Source: Octopus vulgaris
Taxonomy: Eukaryota
Assembly: GCA_951406725.2 (NCBI GenBank)
Contig: OX597830.1
Span: 5,146,001 to 5,210,000 of the forward strand
Direction: 5' to 3'
Length of the DNA: 64,000 nt
The notes beneath the pieces are model-generated. The model had not been told where the DNA came from. It did no database searches and was given only the letters and a program-made list of their open reading frames with translations. The position numbers and the translations under genes were made by a program. Within the stretch, counting starts at the first letter, position 1. Every line of letters begins with the position of its first letter. Below are positions 1 to 11,600 of the stretch, one piece after another.

Positions 1-854
1 CTGACAATCAACAATTAATATTATTTCTCATTTGTTCATCTCTAATTTTAATAATTGAGGTGTTTTGAGTTTTTAATTAAAATAATGTACTCAAATCATG
101 TATTCAGTAGAGGTAATTATATACTCTTAAAACAAACTGCAATATTCTAAGAACACAAGAAAACTTCACAATTGTAACTGTAATTAGAATAATATTATAT
201 GGTGTCCCAGTTTTTTTCTTTTTTTTTCCTTTGTGAAAAAGTGATAATGAAAAATAAGTTGATTATAGGTTTCATTTAGCTTATTGCTTCATTTTTGGTT
301 ATTATTTACCTTTGAAAGAGAGTCAATAGTAATATTTCTATATCTTATTAATGTTCATCAGAGATGAGTTGAGTAAAAACAATGAGTCCCACTACATTAC
401 TGAAGTGATTCTGTCTGGTATTGAAACAGAGTTCTTTCGTTAAGTTGCTCAAACAATACACAATCCTTCGTATTATATAGAAGGGATACAAAAAAAGGAG
501 TGCATTGCTAGCAAATGGTCATACACATTACATTTACTTACAAGCAAACCAACTGAGTGAAATCTCCAGAAATGTAAAGCATTATTGAAACCACAAATTA
601 AATATCCTTGAAGGAATCATTTAAAAACTGTACCATGAGGACAGAGGATTAATTTGACATAAAGAAATATAAATTTTAGAGTAAAGTCTGATGGACATAT
701 AGAAGCCGTTTGTCTGGTACAGTTGATATGATTGCAATATTTAAAAAGAACATATTGGTATGGATCTGTAAGTTTCTTGGTTTCTGTACCAGAAAGAAAT
801 AGAAAACCAAACAAACTATGCTATTTATTTGGTGTCCATTATATCACTATGCAA

Positions 855-945
855 GCACATAGTTGTGGGTTCAATCCTGGTACCGGGTGGTGCATTGGGC
901 CCAAAGCACTTCACATATCATGATGCTCCAGTCAACCAGTGCTGC
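855..945 (+). mobile_element. Degenerate tRNA-headed SINE fragment
   Basis: B-box-like GGTTCAATCC followed by TTGGGC..AAGCACTTCAC..TGCTCCAGTC; highly decayed. Confidence 0.3.
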
Positions 946-1104
946 TTTCTCTCTTTTCCAGCTCTCACATCCTGAATATTTAATTGAGTTAAATGTGTCT
1001 ATAGATGCTCATTGTCACTTAAGATAATTAGTGAAAGTGTGGTACATATAATCAAACCGTACCTACTATCAGTTAACAACTGTACATTGTATTACAGTTA
1101 TTAG

Positions 1105-1391
1105 CAGGGGCAGATTGGCCAGGTTGCCAGCTTGCCTGATAGCAAGTGGGCCCCTGCACCATTAGAATCCATATATTGGGGCCTATGTTAGTATCTAAGG
1201 GGCCCATCCCATCAAGTTTGAGAATTTTTATTCACTCCTGGAAGAATGCATTAATTATTTTAGCCTGGCTGTGTTTGTAGACAGTTGAAAAGAATACTTT
1301 AAACAAAAATAAATAAATGATAGCACTGGAGTTGCAGGTGGGCTCCCTTAGTCTCTTGGCAACCAATATTTTTAGACCCAGTCCACCACTG
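1105..1391. mobile_element. hAT-type MITE (287 bp)
   Basis: Starts CAGGGGCAGATTGG and ends CCAGTCCACCACTG (imperfect TIR); 8-bp TSD GTTATTAG (1097-1104) / GTTGTTAG (1392-1399); internal GGGCCC-type subterminal motifs. Confidence 0.7.
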
Positions 1392-2071
1392 GTTGTTAGG
1401 ATAAGTAACAGCATACTCAGAGACTGTTAGCCTTCATATTTTACATTAATATACAAAACAATTTGACAAGGCAGTGTGTCATCATTGACAAGCACATTAC
1501 AAACTATGATTTCAACTCTGAGGTATCGTTCGACTAAATTAACATAAATCCCATCAAACACAAATGTTATCCCCCTCCTCCTCCTTTATCTCTCATGTTT
1601 TTATATTAGTTCCTTGATTATTTGCAAACAAAATTTATTTTGTGGAAAACCCTAGTTTATTGATAAATTAGTTCATTTATGAAACAAAATGTAGAATTGA
1701 GAAGCTTCAAAGTAAATATATCAAAGACTAAATTGTATGAAAAGAAAGTAGACTGCACCCTGGTACCATTAAAAAAATGGCCATGTTCAATATGGTGAGG
1801 AGGAGTGAGTCAAAATTGCATAAGCTATGCTCAAAGCAAACTAAGGACGTACAAAAGATGTAAAGGGATCTCAGGGAAGACAATGAAGAAGTGACATATG
1901 CCCAGAAGAAGTTAGTATTAAGAACAGACTTGAAATAAAAACCATCAAATACTCAAAAGAATCCACTATAAGTAGGACTTTTGTTCCACACTTAGCTTAG
2001 TTATTAATGGTGGTGGGTGTTTGGAATCATCGTAAGTAAGAAATTTCAGAGTTATCATTTCTGCAGGTTAC

Positions 2072-2165
2072 AAAGGCAGATTCTATGTTGCTTGTGTACG
2101 AAGTGTGATGCTGTTGGATAGTGAGACATGAAGCTTGAATGAAAAGGATTCACAAGAACTAAAAA
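2072..2165 (+). mobile_element. RTE LINE fragment (post-RT region)
   Basis: Translates KGRFYVACVRSVMLLDSET*SLNEKD, matching the RTE motif KGxxYxxxVRxxMLYGSETW. Confidence 0.65.
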
Positions 2166-3483
2166 GGAAATTAAACCATCACACTCTACTGGATATTTAC
2201 TCTTAATATCATTGTAAGAAGCAACAATAAGAATTATAATTTGGCATTGGTTTTAAAAAATAATATTTCCTTTTCAAAGGCATATGATAATGTAATTTAT
2301 TATCTGTAAGCTTCCACACTGTAGCATTTCATTGGTTAAATAGAATTTCTATATATGTCACGAGTTAGGTTTCCTTTATAATGTGTTTTGCAATATCCCA
2401 ACTGTATTAGATTTTGTAGATTAATTTCAGTAGATTTGATTTTCAAGGATTTATTTATGCCTCAAAAGATCTTATATTTTCATGCAATACAATTATCAAT
2501 GTCAATATGTAAAGAATGGCTTCATACCCTCTAAGAGTTTATAAATCCAAACTTTTGCAATCAATGATTATATTTATCTGCTGCTCCATCCAACTAGCCA
2601 TTGCTTAACCAGAAATATTCTAACAATATCTTTGGTTTGTATTATTCTTCACTCAAGCAGTATTGCACGAAATCTTTTAGTGACAAGAAGAGAATATTTC
2701 CCAACAAAATATTTGAAATCTTATTTCATAAAATCAATGAGGTACAAGATTAGTCATTATTGATATTAATGCCACATCAGGTAAGATAATCTTGAATCCA
2801 ATCTTGTCAGTGTACTTTTCCAGAATACACATTTTTTCCCCATCAAAAATATTGATCCACCTTCGAACAATTTAGGAGGAAATTACCAATTAGACATTAT
2901 TTAATTCCAGAGAGAGGGGGAAGCAGAGAAAGAGTGTACCAAAAAGAATTTCTGGTTTTCTTTCTCAAATTCTTGCTAATAGAAGGAGAGCTAGTCTCTA
3001 ACCCAGGAAACCAGATTGTATCACTGGAATTTAGGCAACATCAATGGGTTACACATACATGGATATACACAAGTGTGCACATATATAACTGTATGCAGAC
3101 ACAAATGTCATTGTATGTGGATCTGTGTGTTTTGTCTCAGTATGTATACACAGAAACAGAATTGCATGTCTATATGTACGTATGTGAGCATGCAACTATT
3201 GTTGTTGATGTCAAGTTCTTAATAGTTTGCTTTGGTTAATAGCTTGCAGATAAGACTAAAAAGATTTTACAAAATGCCACTGAAGTCAATATCTTGTTTC
3301 TGCAAATATCAAGTGACTTTTTCATACAAGAGATAAACTATATAGTTTGTATTAAAAGGTTCTGTCTTCAGGGTTAATGGAATTTGCTAATAAATGAAAA
3401 TTAGGGTATCTAAAATGTATAAAGGTAAACAGTATTGTTGGATACACAATCATACTGGCAAATAGAAATCATGTAATATAAAC

Positions 3484-5262
3484 ATCATCATCATCGTTTA
3501 ACGTCCGTTTTCCATGCTAGCATGGGTTGGATGGTTCAACCGGAGTCTGGGAAGCTAGGAGGCTGCACCAGGCTCCAGTCTGATCTGGCAGTGTTTCTAC
3601 AGCTGGATGCCCTTCCTAATGCCAACCACTCCATATGTGTAGCAGGTGCTTTTTACGTGCCACCGGCACAGGGGCCAGAGGAGGCTGGCAACGGCCATGG
3701 TCAGTTGGTGCTTTTTATGTGCTACTGGCACATGTATCACAGCTACAATTTCCATTTGATTTTTATTTTATTCTATTTGACTCAATAGGTCTCCTCAAGC
3801 ACAGCAGGTCGCCCCACAATCCAAGGTAAGCAGCACAGGCCGTCCTGCGATCCAAGGTACTTTGAATGGGCTGGGGCTGGTTGTGTGAAGCTGGTGTAGG
3901 ATATAGCCATGAACTCACTTTATTTGTCGGGTCTTCGCAGTCACAGCATATCTCCAGAGGTCTCGGTTTTTTGTCATTGCCTCTGCGAAGCCCAATGTTC
4001 GAAGGTCATGGTTGACCACCTCATCCCATGTCTTCCTGGGTCTACCTCTACTCCGGATTCCTTCAACTGTTTGGGAGTGGCACTTCTTCACACATCTCTC
4101 CTCATCCATCTGTAGTACATGACCATACCAGCACAAACATCTATCTTGCATGCCACATCCGATGATTCTTATATCCAACATTCTCAGCATCCACCCCACC
4201 CCCCACTAATTTGGTCACCTATGTAGAAGAAGCTATCAACTACTTCTAATTCCTCCCCCTGGACTGTTACGGAATCTGTTTTCTGAGTATCTGTGGTGTC
4301 TATTGCCCCTGTGCATCTGCCGTACATGAAAGCTATCTTCTCGGTTAATCTTCCTTTGATGTTGCTGCACCTCTTATGTGTCCATAGCTTACACTGGGTA
4401 CATCTTATGGGGTTTCTACCTACACCTTTTCTACAGATCGAGCAGAGCCACCTACCTGAGGGTGTGTGTGAAGAGTTCGCCTTCCTACTTACTAAGACTT
4501 TGGTCTTTGCTATATTGACTCTAAGGCCTTTTGATTCTAAACCTAGCTTCCACGCCCAAAATTAATTTTCTAGTTCCAGTAGTGATTCTGCAATGAGGGC
4601 CTGGTCATCAGTATAGAGGAGCTCTCAGGGGCACTCTTCTTGAATTCCTCTGTTATTGCCTGGAGGACTATGATGAATAGAAGGGGACTGAGGGCTGGAC
4701 CTTGGTGAACCCCTACTTCTGCTTAGAATTCTTCACTATACTCATTACCAATCCTAACCTCACTAACGGCCTCTCTGTATAGGCCTCTCTGTACAGCCCT
4801 TATTAACCATTCGTCAATCTCCAGTTTCTGCATCGCCCACCAGATAATGGATCAGGGGACCCTGTCAAAGGCTTTCTCCAAGTCCACAAAAGCTATGTAG
4901 AGGGGTTTATCTTTAGCTAAGTATTTCTCCTGCAGTTGTCGAACTGGGAATATGGCATCAGTGGTGATTCTACCCAGCACAAAACCGAACTGCATCTCAT
5001 CAAAGCAGACTCTCTGCCTAATGATCCAGCAGCTTGATACCCCTGTAGTTATTTCTCTCTAGAGCATCACCTTTATCCTTGTAGCAGTTGACTATGGTGC
5101 TGCTATGCCAGTCATAAGGGTATGACTCCATCATGAACTACCTAGTTTACAATGCGGGTGACTAGGCCATAGCCCACACCACCAGATGTTTTAAGCATCT
5201 CAGCAGTGATTCCTGATGGGCCGGGGGCTTTTCCTGGCTTCATACCCTTAATTGCTTTATTA
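3484..5262 (-). mobile_element. 5'-truncated, internally deleted RTE-clade LINE (RT pseudogene, 3' UTR, (GAT)n tail)
   Basis: Minus strand encodes AFVDLEKAFD (~4865-4890), VHQGPALSPL (~4680-4710), LYTDDQAL (YADD equivalent, ~4600-4620) and C-terminal WYGHVLQMDEERCVKK..GIRSRGRPRKTW (ORF 3915-4199); frameshifts and stops present. Confidence 0.93.
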
Positions 5263-5575
5263 GAAATATTTACTAGTTTACTAGTGAGATATAGATTCCA
5301 TTAAAAGTTGGTGGGTAATAATGGTCATAACTATGAGCATGGAGAATAACTAACGTTTGAGATACCAAGGAAAGCTGTTCTATGCAGAGGCTCATTCATC
5401 TCCACTCATCAACAGGAAAAGCTAACAACACATTCAAAGCTTTCCGAGAAGTAAAGTTTATCTCTAGTTAAAACAAAAAATTATAATGCATAAATCAATA
5501 CTGTTTCAGTGATAAGTGCCCCGATTGTTCAATCAGTGGAACCAACCATTCACTACATTGTCATCACACTGTTCA

Positions 5576-5784
5576 GTTGTGTCTGGGGAGAGTCATTTTC
5601 TTTTTGTGCCTTATAATGTAAACAACACTCACCAGTAAAATTTCCAGTTTTTTCTTATTTTTATTTTTCTAAAATTTTCGTTGCATCTTGCAACCTTTTC
5701 AATAGTTTTGAATCTGTCCGTTATTTACACTGCATTCCCTTTTTTATAAGACACAAAAAGAAAATGACTCTCCCCAGACACAAC
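5576..5784. repeat. Fold-back element: 41-bp inverted arms, 127-bp spacer
   Basis: 5576-5616 is the reverse complement of 5744-5784 with 1 mismatch. Confidence 0.9.
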
Positions 5785-6477
5785 AGAATATGCTTCAACA
5801 CACGAACTCATATAAAGAATCTTGTAAACCAAATCCAAAAACGAAATCTTCAGGATGATTACATGTTTTTCAAACACATGTACTGATTACATAATACTCA
5901 AGAAGAATCAGTGTGAAAATGTGGGAAAAGTCTCTAAATTACAGTGAGGAACCCATCCAATGAACTGCCCATCAGTTTTTGCTGCTCCAATTCCACACAA
6001 GGCGTTGGTCAATTTGAGGTTACAGCAGAAAATAATTGTACAAAATACCATACGGTGGGATTGAAGATTCAGAAGAGTTTCTCTCTCTCTCCCATTATAG
6101 TCTCTAGCACTTCCTCTTTTCTTTTTACCTTCTCTGCCACTTTGTCAATGCAATCCATATTCTCACTTCGTTCAAACTCTCTATTTCATCATCTACATCA
6201 CCTATTTATTATACTCATTGTTATGTTGTATTAAAGAAATAGCAACAACAGAGTAATGAAGACATTTTAGTCTTGCAGGGTATAAAGCAACATCACTAGT
6301 GTTGATACCACAATAAAATGTACCAATTGCCTCTGTAAAGTGGTTAGCAAATACGTGGAAATAGCAGAGGATCAAGAAGACTCAGTTTTGTTGAGAATCT
6401 GACAATTTCTCTAATGTTCCTCATCATTATTTTTCTTGAGAAGAATTTAAAAAACTGACAATGATTATGAATACATA

Positions 6478-6886
6478 TACTCTTTACTATTTTACTTGTT
6501 TCAGTCATTTGACTGTGGCCATGCTGGAGCACCGCCGTTAATCGAGCAACTCGACCCCGGGACTTATTCTTTTGTAAGCCCAGTACTTATTCCATCGGTC
6601 TCTTTTGCCGAACCGCTAAGTGATGGGGACATAAACACACCAGCATCAGTTGTCAAGCAATGCTAGGGGACAAACACAGACACACAAACACACACATGCA
6701 TATATATATGTATATACATATATACGATGGGCTTCTTTCAGTTTCCGTCTACCAAATCCACTCACAAGGCTTTGGTCGGCCCGAGGCTATAGTAGAAGAC
6801 ACTTACCCAAGGAGCCACGCAATGGGACTGAACCCGGAACCATGCAGTTGGTAGACAAGCTACTTACCACACAGCTACTCCTGCAC
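6478..6886 (-). mobile_element. tRNA-derived SINE, family A, near full length
   Basis: Minus strand head GCAGGAGTAGCTGTGTGGTAAG (A box) and GGTTCAGTCCC (B box), central microsatellite, tail GACTGAAACAAGTAAAA; many homologues in this window. Confidence 0.88.
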
Positions 6887-6917
6887 TGGTGTCACATCAA
6901 AACATATATATGTGTGT

Positions 6918-7230
6918 GGAGGTGCAATGGCCCAGTGTTAGGGCAGCGGACTCGCGTTCATAGTATCACGGTTTTGATTCCCAGACCGGGCATTGTGAGT
7001 GTTTATTGAGCGAAAACACCTAAAGCTCCATGAGGCTCCGGCAGGTGTGGGGGGGGGCGATCCCTGCTATACTCTTTCACCACAACATTCTCTCATTCTT
7101 TGTTCTGTTGGCCTGCTTGCTTGGTCAGCGGAGTGGCATCATTTGAAGGCTAAATCAATGCAAAGTGCATTGTGACCAGCGATGTGTAGTAACATCTGAT
7201 AGCCTGGTCAGTCCCAGTGATCACGGCGAT
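6918..7230 (+). mobile_element. tRNA-derived SINE, family C
   Basis: GC-rich block starting GGAGGTGCAATGGCCCAGTGTTAGG (A box) and GGTTTTGATTCCC (B-box-like), ending in (AT)n. Confidence 0.7.
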
Positions 7231-7572
7231 ATATATATATATATATACATGCATAATACATATAAATAAGTACAAACAAGAAGAAAGAGCATACTCAATA
7301 TAAAAGTACAGTGAAATATTTGATTTCATGACAAGCAATTACATGTAATTTTTATTCAGTGTGACTTAATAGAATAAAGAAAATAACTCAGTATCACATA
7401 TTTGGGACATGTGTGAATTGTAATTTTCTGAAGCATTATTTCTTCGACATAAAGGCTTTGAGGTTCACAACACTTTACTAGAAAGGCTGGAGTGTGTTGT
7501 CAGTAAACTATGAGAAATGTAGAAATCTGGTACTTTTTGGGACAGAGATGTGTACGCATGTGTTTGATTTCC

Positions 7573-7745
7573 TCATCACCATTATTTCATGTCCATTTTC
7601 CACGCTGGCATAAGTTGGACGGTTTGACAGGAGCTAACAAACTGGAATGCTGCACCAGGCTCTTGTCACCTGTTTTGGCATTCTCTCTATGGCTGGGTAC
7701 CATTCCCAATGCTATCCACTTTACAGAGTGTACCAGGTGCTTTTT
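7573..7745 (-). mobile_element. RTE 3'-tail fragment
   Basis: Homologous to 3484-3660 (GTCCATTTTCCA..GTTGGACGG..CCAAT..CCACT). Confidence 0.7.
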
Positions 7746-7923
7746 ATATAGCACCAACATGAGTGCTTTTTTATGTGACTCTGATATGGGTGCCTTTTTT
7801 TTTTACATGGCCACAGCAAAACTGTTTTTTTTACATGGTGATAGCACAGGTGCTTATTCTTTGATGTGACACCAGCACAGGTACAATTTTATGTGGTGCC
7901 AGCACATGTGCTTTTTTAAGTGG
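7736..7923. repeat. Degenerate ~25-28 bp minisatellite, about 7 units
   Basis: Repeated unit resembling GGTGCTTTTTTATGTGGCACCAGCACA, which occurs once at ~3645-3670 in the RTE 3' UTR. Confidence 0.7.
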
Positions 7924-8082
7924 TTAGCCCACCATAGTCATTTCTAACAAAGCAAATTCACTAATTATAGTTGTTCAACAGTAAACCCATTTAATGTCAG
8001 ATACTATCAACATAATTATTCATCCAGATACAGAAAATAATAAGATACCATGTTTGCTAGTCATATCTAGAACTTTATCTAG

Positions 8083-8382
8083 AAAAATTGCCATAAAATA
8101 TTGCAAGGTAAATTCATAATCTAGATCATCATCATCATCATCATCATCATTTAGCGTCCGTTCTCCATGCTAGCATGGGTTGGACGGTTCAACTGGGATC
8201 TGTGAAGCTGGAAGGCTTCATCAGGCCCAGTCAGATCTGGCAGTGTTTCTACGGCTGGATGCCCTTCCTAACGCCAACCACTCCGTGAGTGTAGTGGGTG
8301 CTTTTTACGTGCCACCTGCACAGGTGCCAGACAGAGCTAGATAGATTATGAATTTAACTTGCAATATTTTATGGCAATTTTT
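8083..8382. repeat. 41-bp inverted arms flanking an RTE-tail insertion
   Basis: 8083-8123 is the reverse complement of 8342-8382 with 1 mismatch. Confidence 0.9.
8127..8336 (-). mobile_element. Young RTE 3'-tail insertion
   Basis: (CAT)n then TTAGCGTCCGTTCTCCATGCTAGCATGGGTTGGACGG; highly similar to 3484-3680; CTAGAT on both sides. Confidence 0.88.
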
Positions 8383-8640
8383 AGACTTCACTAAAGCTTG
8401 CCAACAATCTGATGCCATGCAGCAGTTGTGTATAATTGAAAAGCTACTTTTATTCACATGCATGAAAACATTGGACAAACAAAATGAATTAATTTCTTTC
8501 CTGCCTACATAAGTGCTGATACCTTCTGAAATATCACGACAGTGTTCTTTCATTTTCAACAATCCAAAATATTTCAACAAATTTAAATCAATTCTGTTAC
8601 ATATCAGGCAGCCATCTAGACAACCATGCAAACACATACA

Positions 8641-8975
8641 CATCACCACCATCATTTAACATTCATTGTCCATGCTGAAAAATGGTCTGGCAGTCTGATC
8701 AGAGCTGGAAGTCTGCACCAGACTCCAGTTTGTTTTGGCATGGTTTCTACTGCTGGATGACCTTCCTAACGCCAACCACTCCAAGAGTGTAATGGGTGCT
8801 TTTACATGCCACTGGCACAGGTGCCATTTGTGTGACACCAATATCTGCCATGACTGCAGTTCTACTTGGCTTGATGGCTCTTCTTCTCAAGTACAATAGA
8901 ATGCCAAAGTCTCAGTCATTCGCCATTGTCTCCATGAGGCCCATTGCTTCCATGAGGCCCAACACCTCCATGAAT
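8641..8975 (-). mobile_element. RTE 3'-tail fragment reaching the ORF end
   Basis: Homologous to the 3484-4000 segment, including CCTTCCTAACGCCAACCACT and CATTGTCTCCATGAGGCCCA. Confidence 0.78.
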
Positions 8976-9139
8976 ATTTATCTGAAGAATAACAGGTCAG
9001 AGATTCTATACATGTTTTTTTCTTTATGTATACTTTTCTAATTCCTATTTTGCAATGAAACACATGTAACATGAAATTTAAAATATACCTAATTTTTCTA
9101 GTCTTTTGTATATATGTGTGTGTATAAACACACAAATCT

Positions 9140-9462
9140 TTTATCTGTTTCAGTCATTCGACTGCAATCACCCTGGGGCACCACCTTCGAGAATTTTCAG
9201 TTGAATGAATTAGTTTTTTTTTAAGCCTGATACTCTATCAATTTTTTTTGCTGAAGCGTAAGTTACAGGAACATAAACAAACCAATACTGGTTATCGAAT
9301 GGGGGGGGGGGGCAAACACACACACAATAGCTATCCTTCTGCTTCTGTCTACCAAATCCACTAACAAAGCTTTGGTTGGCTCAAGGCTGCAGGAGAAGAT
9401 GCTTGCCCAAGCATCTGAAACTATGTCGTTGGGAAGCAATCTTCTAACCATACAGCCATGGC
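9140..9462 (-). mobile_element. SINE family A copy
   Basis: GTTTCAGTCATT..TCTACCAAATCCACT..AACCATACAGCCA shared with 6478-6886. Confidence 0.8.
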
Positions 9463-10777
9463 TATATATATATATACATACATACACACACATTTTGGTT
9501 AACATAAAAGAAAGAACTCAGTAACAGATGTGGAGTATATCTATTTGTAAAAATGTTGATTCACTGTCACTGCACAGAAATTCTTACTCAAAATGATCAT
9601 TCAGACAACAACTATAATGAATGCTAGCTTGAGCTGTGCCAGAAATCCCTAAATGATAATGCATAGATTTTCATTAGCCAAAGAATTTTACATTTACATA
9701 TTTTTGAATTCTCAAACATATTTATGTGACATGTAGCCCTGGAAAAAAACAAAATCTATTTATGTTGTATACAAATCTTGGATCAAAGATGAACCAGTGT
9801 TTCATTTACTGAATTCTTAAAAAGTTTTAAGGAATTATTCACTTCATTACAATTTGTTAAATACTGTTTTCCCTTAAGAAAAACTTGTAGATAAGTATGC
9901 TATTATTCTAAGATTAGAAATAAAGGTTTCTTAGTTTGAATGTTGTCAGAGACACCATATATATCCAGGAATAAGTCAATGACAATTGGAGATTAATTGA
10001 AACCATGAAAATTATGCAAAAATAAAAAGTTAAAAAAAATGAATCTCTCATGATGAAGTTGAGAAGCTGAAAAATTATCTTTTGACTGGCTAATCCCCAG
10101 CATTTAGATATTTAATCCTACAGATGTGCTCTTTGATTAATAATAGCTTAATTATCAATTAACTGTTAAAATTAGTCATTTTGCTTTTCTTTTTTCAAAG
10201 TAACCATACTGAATCAGTAGAAATGCTTTCTGTTCAGTTTATATAAGAAAGAAATAATTGTAGAAAGACTAGTAATTAAAGGTAAAATATAATTAACTGA
10301 ATAATACTACTTAACTTTTCTGTTTGTCAAAATATGGCTCTGATTCTTCATTGAGAGTAAACTGATTAGGGCATCTTAATTACCGTTTAGTTGGCAGGGT
10401 CGATTAAACCAGCTATTTTACACATAATCGCTGTGTTTAATGAAACCCAATAGATACTAGAGATAAAGTTTTAGCAATGTACTGTATGTGACTTGAAGCT
10501 ATACATTTTACAAATGTTTTGTTCTAAAAGTAAAATATTGATCACTTGCCAGCCAGACTATTACTTACATAAAACCACATCTATAATAAAAAATGTTTAA
10601 TTAGCAAAATCACTCTTCCATTGTACAGATCACTTATATGATATTAATAAGCATGCTTTTGGTAAAAAGTGGATTCATTTTTTTTCTTTAACATGCTCCA
10701 TTCATGTTTTATTTCTTTCATTTTGGTTGCATGATTAATTTGGGGAACATTTTTTTTTTGTCTTTTTATTGTCACAG

Positions 10778-10816
10778 CTTTGACATTCTTGCATGCATTG
10801 CACCTATTTATAAATG
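10778..10816 (+). CDS. Putative 39-nt symmetric (phase 1-1) internal exon encoding xLTFLHALHLFINx
   Basis: Strong acceptor TTTTTTTTTTGTCTTTTTATTGTCACAG and consensus donor G|GTAAGT; length divisible by 3; open in phase 1. Confidence 0.6.
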
Positions 10817-11199
10817 GTAAGTAAGTCTATGCACTCGTTCATTCTTAAAGCTTAATATCATGTTTTCAAATGGTGAAATGAATTTATGCAATGTTTAACT
10901 AACTGAAAAACTAATTTCATTTGCTATGAATAATTCTTTTATTCAAAGTAAATCAGTTCCATTCTGCTAAATGACACACACAACTAACCAAATTTGATGA
11001 TGTTAATGTTCTGTAGAACAAGTGGGGAATTGATTCAGCTAATAACAAATCTACAGCCAGCTGTAATGAGGTTTCAAGTCAACTTGTCACAGCGCTTCAC
11101 CAAAACAGGCTTCATATATCTAATTAACAGGCAAAAAAATGGTCTTATGAATTTAGATGGTTTAGATATGATTCAGCCAAACATTAGTCCAGGCCATCT

Positions 11200-11600
11200 C
11201 TAACTTAATAGCACCACCTAATAGGATCTGTTAAATTATTTTTGAAGTCATGCTTTGTGGTGTCATGGCCCATTCAAGAAGTTGACTGCAATGGATCCAG
11301 GTTTAGATGGCTCATCTGGTATCGCTTGAAGACATTTGTTCAGATTTCAGTTGAAGATAAGATCTTTTTCTTCAGTTTGCTTTAGGATAATGTTAAATAG
11401 AGCAGGAGCTGTTGAGGAAAGTTTTGTGGCAATGAATCTGTGTGTTGTGAGCCTGAATTTTGCAGGGGGCAAATGGCACATAGCCCTTGTCTTGGATGAA
11501 TTCTGAATAAAAAGTTAAGATCATTTGGGCAATGTTGGTAATATAGTCCCTGCATTTTGCAAATGTTACAACACTTACAGTTGTACTGGAGAGAATAAGG
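11200..11600 (-). mobile_element. Decayed CR1/L2-group LINE C-terminal fragment
   Basis: Minus strand reads TAPALFNIILKQTEEKDLIFN*NLNKCLQAIPDEPSKPG, resembling the (G)PxLFNxLP..FKxxLDxFLxxIPDEP ending of this LINE group. Confidence 0.5.

Noticed and set aside
4293-4565. 90-aa plus-strand ORF
   Set aside because: Antisense of the RTE LINE coding region.
6850-6990. tRNA-like A/B boxes
   Set aside because: SINE heads; no cloverleaf can be formed.
7736-7923. Regularly spaced repeats as a possible CRISPR-like array
   Set aside because: Contiguous degenerate units without unique spacers, derived from the RTE UTR, in a eukaryotic context.
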